From IMG/VR virus record IMGVR_UViG_3300009008_000029, positions 11,784 through 75,783 of that record: a stretch of DNA of 64,000 nt; one strand, 5' to 3'. The position numbers and the translations under genes are program-made. The notes beneath the pieces are model-generated. The model did not search any database, had not been told where the DNA came from, and worked only from the letters and a program-made list of their open reading frames with translations. Source of the stretch: a virus. Positions 19,301-27,969 of the stretch are shown piece after piece. Every line of letters starts with the position of its first letter. The first letter of the stretch is position 1.

Positions 19301-22300
19301 TCTGGGGAGAATGCTGGTTCCTACAAGATTGAGGACGTATCTACCACTTCCTTGATGGTTACACCCCCTTTCCTAGCCTCGACCGACCGACCCGTAGCAT
19401 GGGAGGTTTTCCGGGGGTACACCGATGATGTGTATGACCCGGCCCTCGTAGCGGACATCACCTACAAGAGTTTTGATCACCTGCCAGAAGAACCTTTCAA
19501 GATTCGTTTGCTGCATCCTGTAGGGACTGTGGGTGACATGACGAACGCCCAAGTAGAGGGTGCTGTCAGCAGCGGACGTATCGTCACCTTACGGTTCGGT
19601 CTGGTGGCCCCCACGTCGTCCACTGAGGCCACTTTGACGCCTTTGGGCACCGAGGGGTTAGGTCCGATGGCAAACGGCTCCTTGGACCTTCCTGACGTGA
19701 CCTCGGCGAGATTCACGGGACAGGCATTTGCGATCCAGATTGGGACCACGGAGTACAGCGGTTCGAATGTGGTAGGGGTCACGGAGTTCAGTGCCGATCC
19801 CGCATGTATCGAATACATGACTGCGGCGGGCGTTGAGAACGACGTGGCGGTGCCCAAGGGACGGCTCAAGTTCAGCACAACCCTCATCAGTCAATATGGC
19901 ACGGCTCCCGTCACCTACCGGGAAACCTTCATGGCTCCTGCATCACTCACAGCAGGAGAAGCAGAGTTCAACCCCGTGTCAGGTGCCTTGAACATTTCAG
20001 CAGCCGATGCTGTGACCCATGCGGGCAAGAACCTGTACTTTGTAGAGCAACTCATCACCGAGGATGAGAAGGATGTAGCCATCAACCCCCAGTCTGGTGC
20101 TTTTGCTCCCAACGTCCCAGTGCCGAAGGGGGCTGTTGTGGAGGTGGAGTATTGGAAGGCGGACCTTGAGGGTCGGAAAATTGGGTCGCTTGAGACCGAG
20201 TTCCTCTCGGTGTTCATCCAGCGTGAAGCAGCCACCCGTGAAAAGGAGAACGTCTACCGGTTCAACTCTGCCGGGATGACGATAGATGAGCGGGTAGACC
20301 CGACCGTTTGGATCGGGGCCATGATGCAGAATTTCGGGCAGGTCGATTGTATCGTAGATTACCCCGATGGTGCTACCGGAGAGGGCCGCATCACATTCGT
20401 CAGCAAAACGGTTGATGCAAATGACCCGGTAGCGGTGACCTATGCCGTCTTTGAGGCCCAAGGTGGGGAGCGGACTTTTGAAGCCAGTCAGAAACCCCTT
20501 TACCGTCCGCCCTTCTTCATCAAAGAAGCCCAGTACCAGTTCGGGTTGCGGGGGGATCGGGTTGATGAGTTCTTGCCCGGCCAGATGCTTCGGATCGGGG
20601 AGGACTGTTTCTACATCAAGAGTCTCAAATACTTCCCGGAGACGGATACCGGCGGGGATGTGACTGCCGTTCGGATTTTCCCTCACACGGTGGGGGAGGT
20701 AGGCAGCCGGTCTCCGGGTAACGATGTACTCAGACTGATTTCTACAATCCCGGTGACGACGGTTGTGGACCCCGACGGGGAAACTCCTGTGGCGACTACG
20801 GCTCCCGCCGGGTTCATGTCAACGATTGACTGTACCGTGTTCCCGTTTGAGCCTGTGAGTAGGGGCCAGAAGACCATCGTTTTCAAGGGCGACCTGACCC
20901 AGTTTGCAGTTCCCGGACATCTTCTGGAGATTGCCGGGTGCCCACATGCAATCTCGGACACCAAGATGTCCGAGGATGGCTCCTACACCCTCATTACGGT
21001 GACGGGTGGTTTTGTGCGGGGCTACGATGTGCTGGAAGCCCCCACCATCAAGCTCTCCTACCGGCCTGTTTACCCACCAGAGACACGAGATTTCCTCGGT
21101 TGTGGGCCGATGTTGGAGTCCGAGAATGTTGAGTTGGTTCTGTTCGGCGAGACCAACGCAGCGGGACAAGTGAAGCCGGGGCGTACATTGGTTCCCGGTG
21201 TTGAGTACTTCGCTGACCCCACCTCGGGGACTATCAACCTTCTGAGCCCCTCTCAAGATGCTCTGGGGGCGGGGCAGACGCTCACCCTTTCGTTCACACG
21301 GTTGCGGACAGTTGGGCCTGTCATGAAGGATCAGGCTCTGACGATGCCCTCGTATAATGCCACGTATCTCTACAACACTCTCCCTAGCGTCTCCAACGGA
21401 TTCCTGAATGGTCAGGTGACCGCCACATACACCTTCCACAACCCGGACAGCTTTTATTTCCGGGCGGTTTCTTTGCAGCAGTTCTTGGGGGAGGCCACAA
21501 GGGAAGCGGTTGCAGAGATCACTAGCAAGGTTCCGGCGGGCGGGGCCGTAGGGGGGCAGCCCGCATCCGAGAACTGGGAGATGGGCCGGTTTGGGATACT
21601 GGGGGAACGGAAGCACTTGTTGGACAAGGACCGTGCGGCACGGGCGTTCCTATCCTTCTACAACGACAGCATCGTCATGTTTGAGCAGGTGAAGGAGGCC
21701 ATTTCCGGCGGGATTGTTGGTGACCGAGATGGGAAGTTCCGATTCTGGGTAGGGCATGACAGGGAGTATCCCACGCCGGGATACGAGGATGAGATCAGTG
21801 GACTCCTGACCCCCCGTAACGTGTGGGCAGATGTGTTCCAATCGCACCGGTACAAGACGCTCTATGTTGACTCCAGTGACTACCTCACGACCCCTATGTC
21901 GGCGGGCCTCACCAACGCCGAAGTGTCCGGGACAAGTCCCGATAGTGATTACCTGAACAGTCTGCTGGCGGAGCAGGGGTCAATGGTCCAGAACGACATT
22001 GACGACATTGTGATGTTCCGTATGGGCAAGACGACGTATACCTTCATCCCGACGTTCCCGTTCTTCCGGTTCCGGGCAAAGGGTGTGTTTGCGGAGATGG
22101 GTTCGGAACACCGTTTCTCACGGCTGTACCCCACATTGAGCAAGGCACTTTTCCGGCTCCTTCCCGGTGTGGGTGCCGAGATTGATGCCGGAGATGGGTT
22201 TGATCCCGGAGTCTACACCGCTGGACGAGAAATTGGCGGCAAGGACGCCAAGACTCGCAAGAATCAGATTGGCCAGTTGTCCAATCCGGTACTGGGCGAG

Positions 22301-25300
22301 ATCGATGGGGTCAAGAGTGCTGCACTTCAGGTTCGGCGGGCCAGAGGCAGGATCTGGGGCTACTTCCCGAATGGCATCCCAGCAGGAGCTTTTTTGGACG
22401 GTGCCTCCGCAGCCATCTCCGGGCCTTGTGTTATTGCGTTCCCCACATTGTTGGGTGAGGTGCCAATCAACCCCAACACAGGGTTCCCGGATGAGACCAA
22501 GTTGATGTCACACTCCGGGCAACTGGGTTGGGTTCCTGATTCCACCGCTGGCGACCCCGAATTGGCAATCCCCGGTTTTGAGGCTGGGGATCAGGTGGCA
22601 TGGGGTAAACCAGATGGTACGTCCTACAAGGTGGTGACAGGTTCCCCTATCACCCTTTTCGGCACGTCTCTGCTCGCTAGTGCCTTTGTCTATGGCGAGG
22701 TACTCTACGGTTGTGTCATTCGGTTCCGGGATTTTCTTGGCAACCACGTTGAGAATCCAGACCTGTTGATGGTCGCAACCGAAACGGCGGGCGGGATTCC
22801 GGCTCATGAGTTTCCAATCGAACGGGGGGACACCCTGTATGCGGTCCCGGCTACCGGGTTCCGTCCCAGTAGCATGGAGGATGAGCCGGAACTTACGGAC
22901 TCACCTACGTTTGAGACCTATTCCCAGATGGCTGCGGGGTTGGACACCTATCGAGAGAACTTTGACCTCGATGTGAAGAAGGACGGTCGGATTGTAGACA
23001 AGACGCTCTGGTCATGGGATGACCCGAACTTCTTTGGCCTCAAGGAACTGTTTGGTCAGCACCCGCCCCAGCCCATGAGTGCGTTGGAAGGGCCGGTGGA
23101 GTTTACCTACGGGCTTCAGAACCCGTTGTTGATTCCCGCTTTAGAAGGCAAGTATCAGGACGATTCTGGTGACTACACCATCCCGTACTTGAAGACGGGC
23201 GTCACGGAGATGGATCGTTTTGACCAGATCTCCACCGGGCTGTCGGAGATTATGAGTTCCGAGTCAGCCGGGGGCGAGTCCGTATACCCGGATGAGTTCC
23301 TAGGGGCTGACGGGTCCGTTGTTGGTTCCGGCGTGAACCCTGCCGCATTGCTGACCGATGTGGATGTGTTGCCGGGGGCTTCATTGGGTGTAGGTGACGC
23401 ACGCCCCTTCGATTTCATGTTCATACAAGCCCCCGCAACGGGTCAGGATGCATCTTTCTCTACAGGTGCGGGGTTGACTAAGGGACCGCACGGAATCTGG
23501 TCTGTGGCGTCTGTGGCAACGTCAGCGGGTGGGTCTTCCATCGTTGAGCCTCCCCGGTTCATTACGCACAGCAGGGCACCACAGGCGGGATCGACCGATA
23601 CTGGGGATGCTATCCGGTACACGTTGGACAACGCCATCGTCCACTTGTTCGGTGCCGAGTACCCGCCGACCCCGCAGGGGGAGGACGTTTCTGGTGTTCA
23701 AATCTACGAGCGGGCGGCGGGTACAACCGTTCTCGATCTCACCTCTACGACCATTGCCTTGAATGATGGTGAGACCATCGGCACTGGGAACTTCAACGAT
23801 ATCGATACGGATGGTGCCAGCATTACCATTCGGCTCATTGCATACCCGGATAACCTGATTGAGTTCGGACCTGACGGGGCAAACCCTCTGCCCTCCGCCA
23901 CGGGTGGTGTCGAGGCACTCAGAATCCGTATCACAGGTGGGACGCTGGAGGTTTGGACCTATCAGGACGACCCGGAAGGTGCCCCCTCCTACAGCGGGGC
24001 GTTAGGTGCCGCTGTCCAATGGGGTGTGAAAGAAGCGGCGGACCCGGCTCCGGGTTCTGTACTGGGATACCGCAAGGTCATCATCCCTCTGACTGGGTTC
24101 ATTCCTTGGGTTCCCGGTGTACTGCCTCCGGGCTGGGATGACAGCAAGTGGTTCTTACCCTACGAAATGAACGGGGCGGACTACGAAATGCTGTACCCGT
24201 TTGAGGTTGCGATTGACATTGATGCCCACGACGGGAAGTTGTCGAATCGGGCTTGGGTAGATGAGGACCGCCTGACGTTCCATGAAATCTGTGACCTCCG
24301 ACATGCACAGGCGAGGGATACAACACACCCCCTGACTGATCTGTCCCTTGAGACTCAGTTGGTTGTGTACGGAACACAACTGGGTTTGACGGGTGGGACC
24401 GAAGTTTGGAGTGAGGCCAACAAATTTGCGAACGGTCTGGATGGTGCCAATCCCGTTCCATTCACCATTGTCGCCCGTGACTCTGTGGTCGGTACATGGG
24501 AGGTACGAGACGGGGATACCACCGAACGTGGTTCCTTGAAGGTGATGGGCTTTGAAGGGTGGGACAACACACCGTTGACAGCCGAGGATGTGACCTTCTC
24601 GGTTATCCCCGGCAGCGATTATGCTACGGGGGAAGCCACCCCGATCCTCCTCGGTACTGGGTTGATGGGTAGCCGTTTCAACATTGAGATGGGTGTACCC
24701 GACCGGGACAGCATCGAGAGCCGGGTCAAAGAGGTCGGTGTCGTTGTTGGAGACGTTGCGGATGTGCAGCCCGGAGATGTTGCTGTGGTTACCGGGTCGG
24801 CGAACTCGGACCACCCCGGATCACTTCATGTCGGAACGTATCTAGTTCGCCATGCCATCGCAGCAAATGAGGAACCCCTCGTCGGAGAGTTCCGTCAGGT
24901 TAACCCCTTGTCCCCGATTGACAGTACGACGGACTGGTGCCGAGTCTCTTTCCCGGAGGTCGTGTCCTACGATTCTGGGGAAAGTAAACTGACAATCAGC
25001 CATCTGGCTCCGACGGGGTCTTTATCAAGCGGGTTTGCCCCGCCGGGGGCCGATACTCGTATCTATGTACTGGTTGACTACCCCAAACTGGCTTCAGGGA
25101 CGGAGTTGACCTTCCGGCGTGCCGTCATCAGTGCCTTGTACACGGCGGTGGAGACAGGGCCGGACGGCGAAGGCATCTTCACTGTTACCGATTGGAAAGA
25201 CGCCAAGGGTGAGTCCCCTGCCGAGGGTGACCCGAACTACACTGATTTCGAATCCCTTCTGGAGGCTGGTCAGCAGGTGTCCGGGATGGTCTACCTTCCG

Positions 25301-27724
25301 GTTGTGATGGGTGGTTCCAACTATGGGTTGCCAGAGAACAATACGGTGGGCTGGGACAGTGTGGAAGCGGGTAAGGAAGCTGCTTACGGTTGGCGGCGGC
25401 TCACTTTGAACCCCCCGTTGGAGTTGCGGAACTTCTCTGCCGATGCAGACAAGGCCCAGCCGATTCGGTTCAATGTTGCTGGGGCACTCGGTGACGCTGA
25501 CGGTGGGATCGATAAGGTCGGGGCTGCGGGGGATATTGTTCCGGTAGTCACGACTCCCGGAACAAGCAAGGAGTTCTATAGCGACCCCATCACTTCCGTC
25601 TACCACTGGGTTACGGACCTGTTGATGGTCTCGCTGTTGACGGATGCCCAATGGGACAAGTTGAATATCCCGACCGGGTCTGCCGGGGCGGGTGCCGGAC
25701 TGGTCAACTGTGTTCTTCCGGGGTCAGAGTTCAGATGCACCTCTTACAACGATGCCGCCGAGCCAGTGTTGGAACCCGGATTTTTGGCTCAGGCTGGTGT
25801 GTTCTTTGAGCCTTCCGTACCCCGAGCCGTTGCTGACAGGGCACAGGATTTCGTTCATGTGGTAGACAGGGACCATTCTGTGCCGGACCCGGTAGCGGAA
25901 GACGATTGGGACCGGGTTATTGGTTCCCGTGAGGCCAACGCATACAATCCTGCCGCCGTGGTGTCTGCACCCGAGATGGTACAGTTTGAGATCCGGCGTA
26001 TCCGGCGTTTCCATGACGTTGCGGAGGTTGAACAGAATCTGAAGCCTCTCCGGTATGCCTATGAAATCCGGCGGGGGATGATCACCTCGTACACACAGGA
26101 CGACAAGCAGACAGGATTCGTGACGGCTGAGTCGTTCACAATGAACTGGGAGACGGTTAAACCTGCGGGTGCTCCCAAGGCCAATGATGCTTGGAATGAC
26201 GGTCTGACACATACGGGAACGAACCTTGGTCCTTTTACGGACCCTGACGTGAATATCCACCCCGGAGATATGTTCCGGCTGTTGGATGAAGACGGGGTAG
26301 CTGTGGAGGAGGCGAGGGTTGTTTCTGTACTGGGCAACAATCAGTTGAAACTGGCTGCTCCGGGTTTGACCCAGTACGATGCGGACACGACCTACAGGTT
26401 TGAAATATGGTTGCGTCAGGCACCGGTTCCGCATGAGCAATCCAACGAGAAGCTGTTGGATCTCATTTCGGACTCCGAAGTCACTCGGACGGATGCCGCA
26501 TGGGGTGAGGCTTCTGAGACCGGTGGGTATGCCTTGCAGGTCTCAGGTGAACTGACCTACGAGGATTGCGTCAACAAACTCTACGATGACCAGAAAGCTC
26601 CGGGCACTGGGGGTCAGACCTTCGCTGCATTGGGTGTCCGGGCGGGTGACATTGTTGTGATCGACCCCGTAGGGACTATCCCGCAGAAGGGCGGCCTTCC
26701 GGTCGTTCAGGAGACGGGGGTAAGACCTCTAGGCGATGAGGGTGTTGCGGGTCGGGTAGACTGGGACGGTAACCCCGTGTTTACGGCGGGGGCACCGAAC
26801 CCCTTGGATGACAACCGGGGCTACTACAGGGTTGTGTCCGTAGTTGACACTGAGGTACCGCCCTATCTGGTTGTGGACCCAGTATCCGAGTTCTCCGGGA
26901 CAGCAGCCGCACCCGTGACGTTCGACTCTACGGACTCCTCCCGTGAGTATGCGGTGTACCCCACGGTGAACGGTTCTACGTTGTCAGAGAACAACAAAGA
27001 GGGTCAGATGGACCTCCGCCCCACGAGGGCTAGAAACGCCGTTACGGGGTCATTCAAGACGTATGACGAGGGGTTGAGCAACCATTCTATCCGTCCCTTC
27101 TCATATCGGGTGTTACGTCCCTCCGCCCTGTTTGTGGATGAGTCCATTGACCTTGTGCTTTCGACCCGTGAGAGGATGCAGAGTCTCATAGAGTTGACCC
27201 GACGGATTAGCCGGGGCAAGGGTGGGTCGTACTTCATCTTCCAGAGGGACGTGCATATCGGCGAGTTGGGAGACCCCACCGATGCCGAGTTGGGTCTGGG
27301 GGTGATGTCCAACGACTTCCTGACAATGGTCAAGGGTCGTGTGGACGTGATGCCTTACGCCAACAATTCTGGGTGCCTGTCCGTTCTGGACCGTAGATTC
27401 TGGACCCTCGATTTGCGGTTGGATTCCCTGACCTACGATGCGACGACACACGGCATGAAGAAATCTTCACCGGGCGATCCTACCTACACCGCCTATACGG
27501 ACGATGTGGGTGGGCTGGTTCGACCGGTACTCCCGGACCTCATTGACGGGGTTCTGGATTACGATGAGCGGTTCCGGGCGGTTCGGTATGTCTGGTTGTC
27601 ATACCGGGTTCATACCGTTCTGGGGACGTTGGCAGCGATTCGGCGATTCGATGCGGAGTTACCTGACCGCCTTGCCGAACAGGAGCAGTTGCTGTTGCAG
27701 TTGAAATCGACGGAGGACGTTTGA
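16352..27724 (+). CDS. Giant (3790 aa) virion structural / baseplate-associated protein
   Basis: Uninterrupted 11.4-kb ORF, acidic and Gly/Thr/Pro/Val-rich, with recurring beta modules and a helical C-terminus. It lies inside the baseplate cluster. Confidence 0.7.
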   Translation: MGVRFQGHVLRGARIAPSNSITTGEPNTGVVRFPITLPAAYTLDAPEFVDPAADQYRASILQGPGTTPTEYLVWAQNSSQLALLDDGDSWWTEDGVGTIPQGTIPVTNNDPPEVAEGATVPTTYGTDRIVVTDNGGRNISNIIVIVVARGDVDYDDDGWKDDDEESVLPSDWAGQPRDGDTPYITLEIDSLQQVPDAGLVYLTEAQKTELGGGVSLERGDQIISVRYTAAPARFWWTRNDRYETRFGWNGKKQRWQPYKGTGAINVGTLQFGVTYKMDPPIRNMPVGSYLPGDSTTPDSYSTLRVGSDAGATGVPVGNVRVKNNSELEEFDFSTEPVLNAVMGQSNGELKFNPSFVQQHAGKTIWFNYSGFQEKADGVVGALYQADLNPLYVAPVPGPTDFPFIRLGSRRPLQPTLVATEAALENADAPASGSVLVALSTGRLRLALDDVRKADPDREDDFDKNYLGENVYYDGVALNAVPQSVRPAVQLLDGDGDEGVANSDVLYVPDAEYLPSEFAADDQWRGLGVSGILDVPDGTGSLPVLPGVAASVRPGGDTLAAASTGRIRQVSDGIGDTIIFTRKGAIETLVEESTDADLPSMGFQVKSSKAYIALERGAHGSRVFIGKKDRKRFGDSPIYFLQASLTPAVRTTSAEIYSRNRTIFRFDGTETLYFAVDGVSHVWTPTTLIGSDLTASFFTPTQVAASLNADSVPAGTFASELNGRIRLYGETSVEIGFGTTEEKDLTGCAALGFAPGWRVVNGVSNWLPDSGVSLGLTRSPVNLDRSQSDPDFKADVRVEDMLLVKSVQEAPYVFLDNPPLQDVAGVDFNVFFNLTTTVLENLTLRVINTPLRHYEDIIHRFGNDRFDWVEEGATVAPIEQPTSTLTLGTPNLVLDSMRAAPGIGGGLWITGDTGVMGFQDPDTDYVLPLDGLPGSVTLIERFGNRVTYGGLGTCEAGGIVFTDTAADFLSELAPVEEGYRLKISSGENAGSYKIEDVSTTSLMVTPPFLASTDRPVAWEVFRGYTDDVYDPALVADITYKSFDHLPEEPFKIRLLHPVGTVGDMTNAQVEGAVSSGRIVTLRFGLVAPTSSTEATLTPLGTEGLGPMANGSLDLPDVTSARFTGQAFAIQIGTTEYSGSNVVGVTEFSADPACIEYMTAAGVENDVAVPKGRLKFSTTLISQYGTAPVTYRETFMAPASLTAGEAEFNPVSGALNISAADAVTHAGKNLYFVEQLITEDEKDVAINPQSGAFAPNVPVPKGAVVEVEYWKADLEGRKIGSLETEFLSVFIQREAATREKENVYRFNSAGMTIDERVDPTVWIGAMMQNFGQVDCIVDYPDGATGEGRITFVSKTVDANDPVAVTYAVFEAQGGERTFEASQKPLYRPPFFIKEAQYQFGLRGDRVDEFLPGQMLRIGEDCFYIKSLKYFPETDTGGDVTAVRIFPHTVGEVGSRSPGNDVLRLISTIPVTTVVDPDGETPVATTAPAGFMSTIDCTVFPFEPVSRGQKTIVFKGDLTQFAVPGHLLEIAGCPHAISDTKMSEDGSYTLITVTGGFVRGYDVLEAPTIKLSYRPVYPPETRDFLGCGPMLESENVELVLFGETNAAGQVKPGRTLVPGVEYFADPTSGTINLLSPSQDALGAGQTLTLSFTRLRTVGPVMKDQALTMPSYNATYLYNTLPSVSNGFLNGQVTATYTFHNPDSFYFRAVSLQQFLGEATREAVAEITSKVPAGGAVGGQPASENWEMGRFGILGERKHLLDKDRAARAFLSFYNDSIVMFEQVKEAISGGIVGDRDGKFRFWVGHDREYPTPGYEDEISGLLTPRNVWADVFQSHRYKTLYVDSSDYLTTPMSAGLTNAEVSGTSPDSDYLNSLLAEQGSMVQNDIDDIVMFRMGKTTYTFIPTFPFFRFRAKGVFAEMGSEHRFSRLYPTLSKALFRLLPGVGAEIDAGDGFDPGVYTAGREIGGKDAKTRKNQIGQLSNPVLGEIDGVKSAALQVRRARGRIWGYFPNGIPAGAFLDGASAAISGPCVIAFPTLLGEVPINPNTGFPDETKLMSHSGQLGWVPDSTAGDPELAIPGFEAGDQVAWGKPDGTSYKVVTGSPITLFGTSLLASAFVYGEVLYGCVIRFRDFLGNHVENPDLLMVATETAGGIPAHEFPIERGDTLYAVPATGFRPSSMEDEPELTDSPTFETYSQMAAGLDTYRENFDLDVKKDGRIVDKTLWSWDDPNFFGLKELFGQHPPQPMSALEGPVEFTYGLQNPLLIPALEGKYQDDSGDYTIPYLKTGVTEMDRFDQISTGLSEIMSSESAGGESVYPDEFLGADGSVVGSGVNPAALLTDVDVLPGASLGVGDARPFDFMFIQAPATGQDASFSTGAGLTKGPHGIWSVASVATSAGGSSIVEPPRFITHSRAPQAGSTDTGDAIRYTLDNAIVHLFGAEYPPTPQGEDVSGVQIYERAAGTTVLDLTSTTIALNDGETIGTGNFNDIDTDGASITIRLIAYPDNLIEFGPDGANPLPSATGGVEALRIRITGGTLEVWTYQDDPEGAPSYSGALGAAVQWGVKEAADPAPGSVLGYRKVIIPLTGFIPWVPGVLPPGWDDSKWFLPYEMNGADYEMLYPFEVAIDIDAHDGKLSNRAWVDEDRLTFHEICDLRHAQARDTTHPLTDLSLETQLVVYGTQLGLTGGTEVWSEANKFANGLDGANPVPFTIVARDSVVGTWEVRDGDTTERGSLKVMGFEGWDNTPLTAEDVTFSVIPGSDYATGEATPILLGTGLMGSRFNIEMGVPDRDSIESRVKEVGVVVGDVADVQPGDVAVVTGSANSDHPGSLHVGTYLVRHAIAANEEPLVGEFRQVNPLSPIDSTTDWCRVSFPEVVSYDSGESKLTISHLAPTGSLSSGFAPPGADTRIYVLVDYPKLASGTELTFRRAVISALYTAVETGPDGEGIFTVTDWKDAKGESPAEGDPNYTDFESLLEAGQQVSGMVYLPVVMGGSNYGLPENNTVGWDSVEAGKEAAYGWRRLTLNPPLELRNFSADADKAQPIRFNVAGALGDADGGIDKVGAAGDIVPVVTTPGTSKEFYSDPITSVYHWVTDLLMVSLLTDAQWDKLNIPTGSAGAGAGLVNCVLPGSEFRCTSYNDAAEPVLEPGFLAQAGVFFEPSVPRAVADRAQDFVHVVDRDHSVPDPVAEDDWDRVIGSREANAYNPAAVVSAPEMVQFEIRRIRRFHDVAEVEQNLKPLRYAYEIRRGMITSYTQDDKQTGFVTAESFTMNWETVKPAGAPKANDAWNDGLTHTGTNLGPFTDPDVNIHPGDMFRLLDEDGVAVEEARVVSVLGNNQLKLAAPGLTQYDADTTYRFEIWLRQAPVPHEQSNEKLLDLISDSEVTRTDAAWGEASETGGYALQVSGELTYEDCVNKLYDDQKAPGTGGQTFAALGVRAGDIVVIDPVGTIPQKGGLPVVQETGVRPLGDEGVAGRVDWDGNPVFTAGAPNPLDDNRGYYRVVSVVDTEVPPYLVVDPVSEFSGTAAAPVTFDSTDSSREYAVYPTVNGSTLSENNKEGQMDLRPTRARNAVTGSFKTYDEGLSNHSIRPFSYRVLRPSALFVDESIDLVLSTRERMQSLIELTRRISRGKGGSYFIFQRDVHIGELGDPTDAELGLGVMSNDFLTMVKGRVDVMPYANNSGCLSVLDRRFWTLDLRLDSLTYDATTHGMKKSSPGDPTYTAYTDDVGGLVRPVLPDLIDGVLDYDERFRAVRYVWLSYRVHTVLGTLAAIRRFDAELPDRLAEQEQLLLQLKSTEDV

Positions 27725-27969
27725 TGACCAAGGATACCAAACAGATGTCCCCTGAAGAGGTTTTGGAAGAGTTGAAGAAGCTGGGTGTTGATGCTGGTGG
27801 GTGGGGCAAGGTGGAGAGTCATACCGCTCAGCCTCAGTTCTTACGGCGTCAAGGCGAGAGTCTAACGAAACTCCGGGACATCTTAGAATCGGTAGTGGCC
27901 AAGGATCAGGCGGATGTGGCTCGGTTGCGAGAGCAACTTACTCGGCTTGAACAAGGCGGGGGGTCATAA
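27724..27969 (+). CDS. Small coiled-coil protein
   Basis: Overlaps both neighbours (TGATG, TAATG). Heptad pattern LTKLRDILESVVAKDQADVARLREQLTRLE. Confidence 0.65.
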   Translation: MTKDTKQMSPEEVLEELKKLGVDAGGWGKVESHTAQPQFLRRQGESLTKLRDILESVVAKDQADVARLREQLTRLEQGGGS

